This document shows positions 50,178 through 59,720 of a DNA stretch of 64,000 nt, piece by piece; position 1 is the first letter of the stretch; each line of letters starts with the position of its first letter. Under the pieces are notes generated by a model. The model ran no database searches. It saw only the letters and a list, made by a program, of their open reading frames with translations, and had not been told where the DNA came from. The stretch is from the IMG/VR virus record IMGVR_UViG_3300017528_000566; one strand, written 5' to 3'. This DNA is from an uncultured virus (IMG/VR IMGVR_UViG_3300017528_000566). Its lineage: Duplodnaviria > Heunggongvirae > Uroviricota > Caudoviricetes. The position numbers and the translations under genes were made by a program.

Positions 50178-50642
50178 ATGGGCTACACATACGATCACCG
50201 ACCGGGCAAAGTCGCCAGCGACAAGAGCGAAAAGAAGAAGGTAGAGGCCCTGTTCGAGCTGTTGGACGATTCAATCACGTCCGCCGAAGCGATCGTTTCG
50301 GAACTAGGCATGAGCTTCGACACCGACCTACACGACGCCAGCAAGATCGCGGATGACCTTCTCGGGGACCTTCAGAACTGTGCGGATGTCGAGACCATCA
50401 AGAACTTCGTGAGCAACCTTCACGAGGTCCAGCGGTACATGGGGCTGCTAGAGCCCGCGCTGAAGAAGGCAAAGAAGGATGCCAAATCGGAGGACGATGC
50501 CGCGGCAATCGAGGCGATTGAAGAAGCCATGGACGCGCTCAAGGACCTCAAGCGCGAGCTGAAAAGCGTCGAGGCTAAGATTGAATCGCCCGACGAGGAC
50601 GATGAAGAGGATGACGATTCGGAGGATGAATCCGAGGAGTAG
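50178..50642 (+). CDS. acidic helical hypothetical protein
   Basis: GGAGAGG RBS; acidic tail. Confidence 0.6.
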   Translation: MGYTYDHRPGKVASDKSEKKKVEALFELLDDSITSAEAIVSELGMSFDTDLHDASKIADDLLGDLQNCADVETIKNFVSNLHEVQRYMGLLEPALKKAKKDAKSEDDAAAIEAIEEAMDALKDLKRELKSVEAKIESPDEDDEEDDDSEDESEE

Positions 50643-50887
50643 CCGGCCAGTTTTGGCGGCACGTATCCGCGCATTCACGGCGGTTAGCGGATGGATTGGG
50701 CTCGTGTGGTCGAGTGTAACCCTGGGCTAAACGCTGCCTCTTGGGGACGCGGATCTGGTCCAACATCGGCGGTTATCCGGCGCTTTCGAGGTCATAACAG
50801 GGACCACTTTGGTGCGTTATTGGGCCGCAACGGCACCGCTATTCGGCCGCTTCTGGCCCGGAAACGACCTGGGATCGCCCCGTTAGC

Positions 50888-51274
50888 GGTACCGAATAAG
50901 GGCGTGAACGGTACCAAAGAAGGGGCAGTTACCGGTACCAACGGTACCGCAGGGAGCGAATAACCACATGTCGGATGAGTACCGGAAGCTACTAGATGAG
51001 ATCAGGCCCCGTGCCATAAACGATGACGCGGAGTACCAGCGAGCGAAGGCCGAAGTGAGCCGTCTGGTCGCCCTGCACGCCGCCCAGGGCGATGCCATCA
51101 ACGAGATGATCGCTCTGCTATCGACGCTTCTCATGGCGTACGAGCTGGAGCAGAAATGGGAGCGTGAGCGAGACAGCGCCGAGCTCATTCAGGAGCGGTG
51201 ACCCCGCGCCTTTGGTACCAATCGAAACCGCCCCAGTCAGCCTTGTGGGCCAACCGGGGCGAGGTATTGGTACC
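50888..51274. repeat. cluster of six GGTACC palindromes
   Basis: GGTACC at 50888, 50910, 50934, 50943, 51214, 51269. Confidence 0.6.
50968..51201 (+). CDS. HigA-like antitoxin N-terminal domain without HTH
   Basis: PRAI.DDAEY.RA..EV..L.....E...LLSTL..AYE. Confidence 0.55.
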   Translation: MSDEYRKLLDEIRPRAINDDAEYQRAKAEVSRLVALHAAQGDAINEMIALLSTLLMAYELEQKWERERDSAELIQER

Positions 51275-51387
51275 GGCCCGGAGCGGATCGAAGGCCAAAT
51301 TCTGACCGTCGGCTCAGTCTGACCAAGGCCTTTTCAGACGGCCCACCTGTCGCCCAGGCGTCCCCATCCGATTACTGAACGCCAAGG

Positions 51388-51664
51388 GTATTGTCCAGGG
51401 AATCGTCCAGAAAACGACTGTCCAGACCGCACTTTTGCTTCGACCGCCTACCGAAAAGTTCAACAGTTTCGCTTGGGTAGCCGAGGAGAGACTCGAACTC
51501 TCACTCTCGTAAGAGAACCGGATTTTGAGTCCAATGTTTATCCATGCTGGAAGCCTCCTGAGCGATATAATGGGGTATGAGCCTCCGAAACCCCACTGAA
51601 CAAGCCCATACAAACGGCCCCATGGACAATCCGTGGACAATACATTACGAAGCGTGGACAATAC
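51388..51664. mobile_element. attP-like site: tRNA-Leu core flanked by inverted arm-type repeats
   Basis: (att)gtcca x3 at 51388-51424 and tggacaat(ac) x3 at 51623-51664 around the tRNA fragment, immediately upstream of the integrase. Confidence 0.7.
51476..51532 (-). pseudogene. 3' half of tRNA-Leu(CAA), att core
   Basis: GGA-CTCAAAA-TCCGG, long variable arm TCTC-TTAC-GAGA, GAGAG-TTCGAGT-CTCTC, CTCGGCTACC; no D arm or 5' acceptor strand. Confidence 0.85.
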
Positions 51665-51718
51665 CTATCGTCCAGACAGCCAGATAGTGGAGCTGGGCCT
51701 ACAAAACAAGGGATTTTC

Positions 51719-53068
51719 ATGCAGCAAACACAGCCGAGCACCTCGAAAACCAACACAGGCCACAAGCCCGCTACTGGCACCGCCGAATGGCTCCCAAGTA
51801 GGGGCGGTCGGTACGTCGCGCGTATCAGCGTTCCCGGTGCAGCGGGTCGGGTACGGGAGGAGATGCTGGACGAGAACGGCGCCCCCCTTTTCACCAATAA
51901 GGAGCGGGACTGGGACGCCGCCAAAAAGTGGGCGAGCAGCTATTCGACGTCTGTGCGTGACCCTGCAGTACCGACGGCAGAGCGGCTGCGCCACCAAGTT
52001 AAGGTCAGGGCGTGGGGTGAGGAATGGACTTCCGGCAGCCTGTTCAAAAAGTACGGTGAGGTGAAACGGCTCAAGATCAAGAAGTCTGCCGGTGACGATG
52101 TGCGCCGGCTTGACCAGCATGTTTACCCATACCTGGGCGAGATGTCGGTCGCGGGCGTGCAAGACCAGGACGTTGAAACCGCCTTTGCCAAGGCATGGGA
52201 AGCGTACGAAAAACGCTACGGAGAGCCGCCGTCGCAGGGCACTAAACGACAGGTATACATGGTCACACATCGGCTATTCGACCTGGCAATCCGCCCCGGA
52301 CGCTTGCGCGAAGACAACCCTGTTACCGATGACCTATTGCCCGCCAAGGGGTCACCAAAACTCTACAGCTATCTGTACCCGAGCGAGCTATTGGCACTCT
52401 TGAAGTGCGTCGATATCCCGATAGAGCGTCGCGTCTACTACGGAATCGCGACGTATACGGGGCTGCGCAAAAGCTCGATTCGGGTCAACGCTCGCGCTCG
52501 CAATGACAACGCCATAAAACTTGAGAGCTACCTTTGGTCGTCCATTGACCTGGATAACTCGACGATCCTAAGCCTTGTAAACAAGAACGACGTACCGCAG
52601 ATGTTTGCGCAAAACGATGCTGATCTTCCGGGTATTGGTTCGTTGATTCAGTTGCTTCGTCGCTGGCGAGAGTATTGCGGTTGGCCGCCTGACGATTCAC
52701 CCGTGGTCAAAACCCTCCATTGCAAAAAGAAAGCAGAAGCCGAAACGCTTCGGAAAGACCTGCTCTGCGCTGGCGTGACCCGCGGAATCCTCTTCAACAA
52801 CACCGACAAGATCCAAGCGCTTCGCTTTCACGACCTGCGTGCCACGTTCGTGACTTGGGCCAAGCGCGCCGGGAAAGGGGACGGCTGGATTGCCGATCGA
52901 ACCGGCCACATCACAAAAGAGGTCATGGACCGGTACAATCGAGCGGCACGAAACCTCGCCGATTTGCGTCTCGACCCTGGCCCGTTCCCGGACATCTCGC
53001 TCGCAATCCCCGAGCTCGCGGCGATCGACCTGTCGCAGTTGTCGGGGACAAGGCGCTACGCACGGTAG
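51719..53068 (+). CDS. int: tyrosine recombinase / phage integrase
   Basis: YTGLRKS (R), FHDLRAT (HxxR), RTGH, ..RY catalytic residues; N-terminal SAM-like region ending NPV. Confidence 0.9.
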   Translation: MQQTQPSTSKTNTGHKPATGTAEWLPSRGGRYVARISVPGAAGRVREEMLDENGAPLFTNKERDWDAAKKWASSYSTSVRDPAVPTAERLRHQVKVRAWGEEWTSGSLFKKYGEVKRLKIKKSAGDDVRRLDQHVYPYLGEMSVAGVQDQDVETAFAKAWEAYEKRYGEPPSQGTKRQVYMVTHRLFDLAIRPGRLREDNPVTDDLLPAKGSPKLYSYLYPSELLALLKCVDIPIERRVYYGIATYTGLRKSSIRVNARARNDNAIKLESYLWSSIDLDNSTILSLVNKNDVPQMFAQNDADLPGIGSLIQLLRRWREYCGWPPDDSPVVKTLHCKKKAEAETLRKDLLCAGVTRGILFNNTDKIQALRFHDLRATFVTWAKRAGKGDGWIADRTGHITKEVMDRYNRAARNLADLRLDPGPFPDISLAIPELAAIDLSQLSGTRRYAR

Positions 53069-53373
53069 CCGTTGCGGCGCAATGCGCGTTGCACTGACGC
53101 CTCGATGTCGGTCGGAGGTGTTTCGGTCTTAGGCTCCACGTTCTTCGGGGTAATGCCCTTGCGTGCCAGAAACTTATCCAGCTCCGAACGCTTCATTAAG
53201 AGCCGTCGGCCGACGCGGCTAACCTCGCATTCGCCGCGTTCGGCCGCTGCGACGATGCGGCGCCACGGATATGGGTCCCTCCGTATGTTGACCCAGTCGT
53301 CGTTCCCGCTTGGACTCCCGCGCTCGACTAATAGGGTCAAGAACTCACGTAGTGTCAGGTCAAGAGGGTCCAC
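53056..53373 (-). CDS. excisionase-like HTH protein
   Basis: GE..VSRVGRRLLMKRSELDKFL; convergent with int; GTG at 53373 with GGTGTA 9 nt upstream. Confidence 0.65.
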   Translation of the reverse strand: MDPLDLTLREFLTLLVERGSPSGNDDWVNIRRDPYPWRRIVAAAERGECEVSRVGRRLLMKRSELDKFLARKGITPKNVEPKTETPPTDIEASVQRALRRNGYRA

Positions 53374-53658
53374 CCTCGCCTCTACACCGGACACAGCATC
53401 AGCAACGGGGGATTTGACACCGCAAAATCGGTCTCCCGCAGAGCACCAACCAGCACTCACCCCACGGGTCAACCAGCATAGTGAGGCGGATGGACGGCCA
53501 TTTAATCGCGATACCGCCGCAGCTTTCGAGCTCGATGAAGGGCATGTGGGAGCATCGGTCAGGTACCGCTTGGTTGCCCCGTTTCAGCTTGCTCTATCAA
53601 AATAACGTGCGAATTTACCAACAGTGCGTCGCTGTTTGACGCACCAAGGAGTAGTGCA

Positions 53659-53973
53659 GTGGGACGCCCGAAGAAGAACGCTACAGCCAAGACTGCCGCC
53701 CCCATGGACCCCATGACGGCTGCCATTCTAGCCGGGATCAAGCCGCACATTGACGCGGCTGTGACGGAGAAGTTCACGACCATGCTAGTGGATATGCTGG
53801 CGAAGATCGCTCCGGAGGTCCTCGCCAAGGCGAGCGATCAGGCTCATCCGACCACTGCCGACCACGCCCCCTCACCGAATCAGCGACCCGAGGGATCAGA
53901 TTCTGGCGCAGGCAAGGGCCAAAATGGGGCCAAGAAAAACGGCGCTCCGACTGCAGCTGTCCCGAGCGAATAG
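53659..53973 (+). CDS. hypothetical protein
   Basis: AAGGAG RBS, GTG start, terminator downstream. Confidence 0.55.
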   Translation: MGRPKKNATAKTAAPMDPMTAAILAGIKPHIDAAVTEKFTTMLVDMLAKIAPEVLAKASDQAHPTTADHAPSPNQRPEGSDSGAGKGQNGAKKNGAPTAAVPSE

Positions 53974-53993
53974 CGCGCCAGCACTGGCCAGAA

Positions 53994-54044
53994 GCATGGG
54001 CTTCACTAGGAGAGAAAGCTCTCCGGGTGAAGCCCGTGCCTTTT
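53994..54044 (+). terminator. rho-independent terminator
   Basis: gcatgggcttcac...gtgaagcccgtgc followed by tttt. Confidence 0.7.
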
Positions 54045-54870
54045 AATTCCGGTCATCAAATGCTGCCATCACCTTGAGATACGGCGTCAGTACCTCCAGC
54101 AGGACTTGTCCGATCCGTTCGTTGAGCACGTCGAGTACCGGCTGAGGAAGCGCGCGATGCGCCAGGGCGGCAGCGGATCCGTTCCCTAGGTGCGCCCTGC
54201 CGCCGTTCCCATTCCTGCGAAACACGTCATTGACCGGGATCATGGGCGGGACGTTTGCACCATGAGCTCCATTGAGGCCGGGTGCTCCCTGATCAGGTGC
54301 AGCAACCTGCTCGTCCCGCGCCAGGAGTCTCTCGGCCTCTGCCAAAATATCCTGCGGGGTTGACACGCGGAAACGACCTCGCTCCGTGCTCGTGAATACG
54401 TGAACTTTGAGGATCCAACCAGAACGATAACGAAGTGGCTGACCGCTCGAATCGAGCACGCTAGTCGTCGACGAATTCAATGTCGTCGATATGTAGCTGC
54501 GTACGTTTCCCGATTGAAGCCTCTCTCCGACAGCCTCCAGAGCCGCTTCTACCTCCCCCGCCGTCATGGTTCGATCCCCCATGACCGCCGCCATTCTCGC
54601 CGGAACGGTCCGCGATTCTTCGCCAACCGGGGGTCGCCCCCGCCTGACTGGCATGAACGATTCGGGTGGGGCCGGAGCGGGTATCGGTTCAGGTGGTGCT
54701 TCAAATGCTGTCTGAACCGGCATTTCGAGCTGTACCTCAACCGGCAACTCGGGCAGTGCTCCAGTCTGGAGAAGCGCTCGCCGCCGAATCTCATCCGCGA
54801 GTCGCTTGTTCGAGCTGCTGATCTCTGCCGGGGAACGGCGCTGTTGGGTTTTCTTCTTAGCCTTCGACAT
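54043..54870 (-). CDS. putative winged-helix protein with AT-hook-like RRGRP (paralog family)
   Basis: VMGDRTMT..EV..AL...FTSTERGRFRV. Confidence 0.6.
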   Translation of the reverse strand: MSKAKKKTQQRRSPAEISSSNKRLADEIRRRALLQTGALPELPVEVQLEMPVQTAFEAPPEPIPAPAPPESFMPVRRGRPPVGEESRTVPARMAAVMGDRTMTAGEVEAALEAVGERLQSGNVRSYISTTLNSSTTSVLDSSGQPLRYRSGWILKVHVFTSTERGRFRVSTPQDILAEAERLLARDEQVAAPDQGAPGLNGAHGANVPPMIPVNDVFRRNGNGGRAHLGNGSAAALAHRALPQPVLDVLNERIGQVLLEVLTPYLKVMAAFDDRN

Positions 54871-55208
54871 GGGGTGCTCACGAACCAAAATCAATGGTCA
54901 TGTCTCCTGTTTCTAGATCGAAGCGAACCGCGAGAAGGAACTCTCGGCTGTGCCCGATCCTGTGGTGAACCTCCTCAAGAGCCGCGTCTACTTCTGTCGG
55001 TGCGTATGCCTTGCCGTGCTTCCTAATGTTGGCCAGGCTCCGCAATAGCGTCTGCATCTCTTGCGACGGCGTCCCTCGAACGCGCAGTTTGAGGTGCACG
55101 ATGCGGTCTTGGACGCTGATGACCTCGGACTGCTTTGCTCTATTTAGCTCGCGCCGTGCGGCCCTATCGTAACGGTCCAAGGCGAGCGGCGTCCAAGATG
55201 TCTTCCCA

Positions 55209-55694
55209 CTACGCGTTACGTTTCTCTTGTTCTTCATGAGAGTAGAGAGCATTGAAGCGAGCTCTGACGTGGCTTGCAGAGAACCGACCACAAGCACGGA
55301 TCAGTGCACGCAAGGCCTTCAGCCCATCGTCTGGCAGCTCGGTTGGCGGCTCGAACGAGCATAGCTCCAACACCTCGCGCATCATATCCTGCCGCGTCGC
55401 TACTCGATAACGACCTCGGTCAACCTGGATAAATCGAGGTACCCGCCATGTCTTGCCGGTCCGGGTATCCGTGACGGGTCGCCGGCTGAAGAACAATGTC
55501 TCCAAGACTTCCGCGTGAAGGGCACCGCATGTGCTCCGCTCGTGTTCCGTAAACACGATGCGCTCCAGGTCTGTCACCGACACGGTCTCGTCCTGCATGA
55601 CCGACGCAAAGCGTTCGGCAAGGGGGAGGTACGGGTCGGGCTCGGACTGGTTTCTAGATTTAGAGGGATGGGCTCGAGACTTTTCGTTTGGCAT
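55209..55694 (-). CDS. putative winged-helix protein (paralog family)
   Basis: VMQDETVS..D....D.RTGK.....FIQVDRGRYRVA. Confidence 0.55.
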   Translation of the reverse strand: MPNEKSRAHPSKSRNQSEPDPYLPLAERFASVMQDETVSVTDLERIVFTEHERSTCGALHAEVLETLFFSRRPVTDTRTGKTWRVPRFIQVDRGRYRVATRQDMMREVLELCSFEPPTELPDDGLKALRALIRACGRFSASHVRARFNALYSHEEQEKRNA

Positions 55695-55713
55695 AGTCAG
55701 CTCCAGCTAGCGG

Positions 55714-56262
55714 TCACTCAAGCTGCAATGGGCCGGTTCTCTTGTTCTTAAAGTCCGTCTCAGTCTGCTCGGTGATGACCGGCTTGCACTTCGTTTGGTC
55801 GATCTTAGGAAAGCCCATCCAGCCCGCGATTAGCGAATTGGGGAACTGCATATAGTAGGTCTTGTACACTCTGCACTTGTCAAGAAGCACCGCTTGGTCA
55901 GCGTCGAAGCCATTGCGGCCCGCTTCCATCGCCTGCATCAGCGTCCGATAAATCTGAGGATCAACCGAGGGGTTCTGCTCCTTCACCGCGTGGAAGATCG
56001 CTTGGGCGCCGTTCTGGCCGTACCTCCCCTGGATCGCTGCGGTCGTAATCTCCAGGATGTGGCTCTTGGCCATTTTGGGCACTTGCACCATATCCAGGAT
56101 CTTGTTCGTGTAACCCGCGAGCGCGACCTTGTTCTTTTCGTACTGGGCATCGATCCCATTCTCCTGAGCAACGCACGAGTTGCTGACGCCCATAAGCGAA
56201 AGAAGGCAGCTGCCCCCGAGCATCACGAAAAGGACCAGGAGCACTATCAGTGTTTTCGACAC
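55714..56262 (-). CDS. LemA-like membrane-anchored protein
   Basis: N-terminal TM; E..I.AQY, GRYG..G, EQNP, Y..L...MEAGR..F...Q..LLD, FPNS.IAG..GF. Confidence 0.6.
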   Translation of the reverse strand: MSKTLIVLLVLFVMLGGSCLLSLMGVSNSCVAQENGIDAQYEKNKVALAGYTNKILDMVQVPKMAKSHILEITTAAIQGRYGQNGAQAIFHAVKEQNPSVDPQIYRTLMQAMEAGRNGFDADQAVLLDKCRVYKTYYMQFPNSLIAGWMGFPKIDQTKCKPVITEQTETDFKNKRTGPLQLE

Positions 56263-56285
56263 AGCGTCACCCTTCTTTCTGGTAG

Positions 56286-57377
56286 CTAAAATCGGCCAAA
56301 GTTTTCGTCCCCGAACACGTCGTACTTGTGCATGACCCAGCTGAGTCCGAGACAGACCAGCAGCCCAACGACCATGCTGGTCGCCCATTGGGCCGGCGTC
56401 GGAGCGATGCTCGACGCCAGGTATTCAAAGTCCGACATCGGCTTACGCTCGTAGTAGGCGAGCACTGATTGCTCTAGCCGGCGAAACAGGACCTCCCGAT
56501 CGAGCACCGGAATGTCCATCACCACGTCCCGCAGATACACCTTGAGCATCTCGTTGGTGGTCCAACTCATGACCGCGGCCCATTGCGGCATGAGCGCAGC
56601 GTTCACGCCGATGACCAAAACGACCGAGTTTTGCTTGCCCCCAATCCACGCCTGATCAAGTGCGTAGAAGTATTCCTGCGGAAGGTCCCGCACTAGCACC
56701 AGCACGATGTCGACTTGCTTGCGCGCCCCGAGGCGGCCGTTCATCTCTGCGAGCCCCAGGTTCCACGCACCGATGGAGTCGACCCGAGCTCCATTGACGA
56801 GCACGAGTGGCTGATAACGGTAGTAGTCCGTTACCTTTGCCGGGAAGTCAGGCAGATTGCCGGCGTACTTGTCGGTCAGCCCTTGCCGTCGAAAAAGCGA
56901 TCCGGGCGCCGCCTTGATGTAGTTCGTGTACTCGTGTTCGGCCGAATACGGTTCACCGACGCGAGCCACGGTCCAGCGTTCTGGCTCAGCGACGCCCTGC
57001 CAATCAACCTTGTTGATCACCGAGGTGTGCTCGATCGAGCTGTAGACTTGCCATTCGTAGTCGAACGGGTGGTGATAACAGGTGCTGCACTTCTTATGGC
57101 ATGAGCGTTTCTTACCCGAGCCCGAGCAGACGGTGTGGCAGTTGCAGTCGTACGAGTGTTGGCAGCGAACCCGTACATGCTTCTTGCTGAGGACCACACC
57201 GTTGAGAATCTCGGTGTCGGAGGTGTTCGCGCTGTAGATGGCCCACACGGATAAACCGGCGACCACGGCCTGAGCGACCATCTGTAGAGCGAACTCTTTA
57301 CGGGTGATCCCAGAGGAAAACCGAAACGCGATCATCCCGACCAGGGCCGGGATGATGAAAAGGACAAGGAATGGCAT
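56286..57377 (-). CDS. membrane protein with Cys-rich insert
   Basis: N- and C-terminal TMs; C.HSY.CNC...C..C.TC; YTNYIKAA; W.GGK.N; R.PM.DFEYL. Confidence 0.65.
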   Translation of the reverse strand: MPFLVLFIIPALVGMIAFRFSSGITRKEFALQMVAQAVVAGLSVWAIYSANTSDTEILNGVVLSKKHVRVRCQHSYDCNCHTVCSGSGKKRSCHKKCSTCYHHPFDYEWQVYSSIEHTSVINKVDWQGVAEPERWTVARVGEPYSAEHEYTNYIKAAPGSLFRRQGLTDKYAGNLPDFPAKVTDYYRYQPLVLVNGARVDSIGAWNLGLAEMNGRLGARKQVDIVLVLVRDLPQEYFYALDQAWIGGKQNSVVLVIGVNAALMPQWAAVMSWTTNEMLKVYLRDVVMDIPVLDREVLFRRLEQSVLAYYERKPMSDFEYLASSIAPTPAQWATSMVVGLLVCLGLSWVMHKYDVFGDENFGRF

Positions 57378-57418
57378 GAGGGGTAGCGGTAGTTACACCG
57401 AGCTCACGCCATTCCGAT

Positions 57419-57745
57419 TCAGGCCCGGTGGTCTCGCAAAGTGAGGGGAAGTCGCGCAACCAAGTTCTTACCCTGCGGACCCATGGCGATCGCGGTCAGC
57501 TCATTGCCCCGGTCTGGCTCTCGAAACCGTGCAACCTGGATCCATTTTCGCTCGGCGGTACACGCGAGGTTCTCGAGCTCGGCCTCGGTCGGGACAGACA
57601 GCAACGCCACGGTATTAGAGCTTGAGTGCCATTCACTGGCGATCTACGAGAAGCGAAACGCGAACTCCAGCGCAGCGTGGCAGCTTTGGACCGCCTGCTG
57701 TCCGGGGCTCAAGTCTTGGCGAGTAACGATGTAGAGCTTATCCAT
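57419..57745 (-). CDS. peptidyl-tRNA hydrolase 2-like protein with in-frame TAG at codon 34 (readthrough or pseudogene)
   Basis: MDKLYIVTRQDLSPGQQAVQSCHAA...FS*IASEW...VALLSV..EAEL...FREPD.GNELTAIA.GP....L...LPL; TAG at 57646-57644. Confidence 0.75.
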
Positions 57746-58286
57746 GGCTGGGTTCTCCGAATAGATGGCGGCAAATCGCCTTGCCTCGACGGTTGATCTG
57801 CCCCCATTTGATTTTGAACGAGACAGAATCTAGGCCACCAAACATCCGCGCGTTCGAGTGGACCTCGGATAATCCGGCCAGCAAAAGGGTGATCGCTTCA
57901 GGGTTGAGGCAGAACCCCGGCACCTCATCTGCCTTCATCGTGTGAACCAGCATATCCATGCGCATCAGCTTCGAAGCTTCCTGGCTGCCACCGACCGACA
58001 ACCAAGTCCTGCACGACATCTCTGCGTGGTCCGGGAACTTCCGCACCCCGTCCGGCACACAGTAAGGTTTGCCGCAATCATGAAACAGCGTGTATTCCGC
58101 GATGACCGAGATGGGCATGACCGACAACTTGAGTTGGAGGCGGTACACGCGAAGCCAATCGGGCAGGACCCACGCTCCGTGAAGCTCCCCGGTATCTAGG
58201 TAAACCAAGAGCTGAAGCATGTGGTCGCGGACAGATTCACCGTGAGCGTAGACAGATTGCCCTTCGCTCTGCTGACAGGCATGCAT
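57738..58286 (-). CDS. HD-domain protein
   Basis: QSV..HG, FHDCGKP, FPDHA. Confidence 0.75.
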   Translation of the reverse strand: MHACQQSEGQSVYAHGESVRDHMLQLLVYLDTGELHGAWVLPDWLRVYRLQLKLSVMPISVIAEYTLFHDCGKPYCVPDGVRKFPDHAEMSCRTWLSVGGSQEASKLMRMDMLVHTMKADEVPGFCLNPEAITLLLAGLSEVHSNARMFGGLDSVSFKIKWGQINRRGKAICRHLFGEPSHG

Positions 58287-58299
58287 GGCTTCAATGAGG

Positions 58300-58632
58300 T
58301 CAATCTACGTCATGGCGCTTTTCCTCGAACAAAAACTCGGCTGGAATGATCCCATACGAAGAGTGCAGGCAGCGCCGCTCGATCTCATGCCGCACGAAAC
58401 GCCGTCGATATCGGAGAGCATCGATTGCCGATGTGTAGAGGTCGACCAAGCGCTCTGGGTCCTCCAAAGATCTCAACCAGACTTCGTACTCGGGCGCCCC
58501 GCCGAAACCGCCTGGCTTCTCGGCAGACAGAAGTCGGCCAAAGATGCCTTTGCGCTTGAACGGCTGCGATTCGAACACAAGGCGCTTCAAATGATGGTTT
58601 TCTTCCCGCAGCCGGGTCAGTTCGTCAGACAT
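58300..58632 (-). CDS. hypothetical protein
   Basis: GGAGG upstream of ATG; part of a - strand gene run. Confidence 0.45.
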   Translation of the reverse strand: MSDELTRLREENHHLKRLVFESQPFKRKGIFGRLLSAEKPGGFGGAPEYEVWLRSLEDPERLVDLYTSAIDALRYRRRFVRHEIERRCLHSSYGIIPAEFLFEEKRHDVD

Positions 58633-59720
58633 TCCGCCCTCCACGGCCGCGTGATCTGTGCCAGGAGTGGCGGTGTCAGCAGTGACTTCGCGTACTCGAA
58701 TGCCTCTCGCATCCCCTCTACCGAGTGCTCGAAGAATTTCGCGTCATGGGTCTTGCCGTTCAGGAAGATCGACAACTTGACCGGTCCCGTGTTGACCGCC
58801 CAGTCCAGGTCGACCGTAAAGCGCTCGCCCTTCTTGATGATGCGGCGGCACCAGCGACTTTCCTCACCGGTGAAGTCCGGGCACCACCCCTTGAACGTGA
58901 CGCCAACGCCCTCGTTATCTTCCGGGCTGAAGCTCGGGTCCTTCAGCTGCTGCTTGAATTCGAGGTACAGCGGGTCAGTTTTCCGGAACTCCTTGCGCCA
59001 TGCCTCATACTTGCGGTTGCCCTCAGCTCGCTTGACGCGTCGCTCGCACTCCGCCTCGGATACCCACACGGATACGAACTGGAGCTCGCTTTGGTGTCGA
59101 CGGTACGTGCGGATCGCGGCGCAACTGCGTTGCTCGGCGGGCGTATGCTCGTCGACATCCTCTGCTTCAGGCTCGGGCTCGTAGCAGCGAATCAAGCCGT
59201 CGCTTGAGATCTCCGGCCACCGGCCCTCCGCGAACACACCTTCAAACTCCAGCGCTGGCCAACCTCCCATCGGGTCTGAAAAATCGTAGAACCGATATTC
59301 GAACGGAGCGGCCCAGATGCACCCGTCTACGATCAGGATCTGGGATTGAGCGTCGAACCGATGGTCGACCCAGCAAAAGCCCCATCCCTGCTCCGCTTCA
59401 TCAGGCAGGTAGTCACGCCGCTTTCCAGTGTCGAGCTCGACCACCGTTTGTCCCTGGTAGTCCTCGCCTCCAACGAAGTAGTGGTGACCGTTGGGATGGT
59501 CCTCGATGAACGTGTATTCGAAGCTGCTGTAGTTGCGGCGGACGTCAGCGATGGGTACGTCCGAGCCGACCTTGAACACGAGCCCCTGCGTATAGTTCCA
59601 GCTGCCTTCTTTGGTCGCGTACGGCGTGATCACGACCTTGTACTCGCCAGAATCCGACAGGTACTCGCGGCGGCATTTGAGATTGGCGTTCTCAGGCGTG
59701 AAAAAATCGAGGTCGGTCAC
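58617..59720 (-). CDS. hypothetical protein
   Basis: 367-aa ORF; GTGA overlap with the upstream ORF. Confidence 0.6.
   Translation of the reverse strand: MTDLDFFTPENANLKCRREYLSDSGEYKVVITPYATKEGSWNYTQGLVFKVGSDVPIADVRRNYSSFEYTFIEDHPNGHHYFVGGEDYQGQTVVELDTGKRRDYLPDEAEQGWGFCWVDHRFDAQSQILIVDGCIWAAPFEYRFYDFSDPMGGWPALEFEGVFAEGRWPEISSDGLIRCYEPEPEAEDVDEHTPAEQRSCAAIRTYRRHQSELQFVSVWVSEAECERRVKRAEGNRKYEAWRKEFRKTDPLYLEFKQQLKDPSFSPEDNEGVGVTFKGWCPDFTGEESRWCRRIIKKGERFTVDLDWAVNTGPVKLSIFLNGKTHDAKFFEHSVEGMREAFEYAKSLLTPPLLAQITRPWRAECLTN

Noticed and set aside
51476..51560. Functional tRNA-Leu gene
   Set aside because: There is no D arm or 5' acceptor strand complementary to CTCGGCT; only the 3' half is present.
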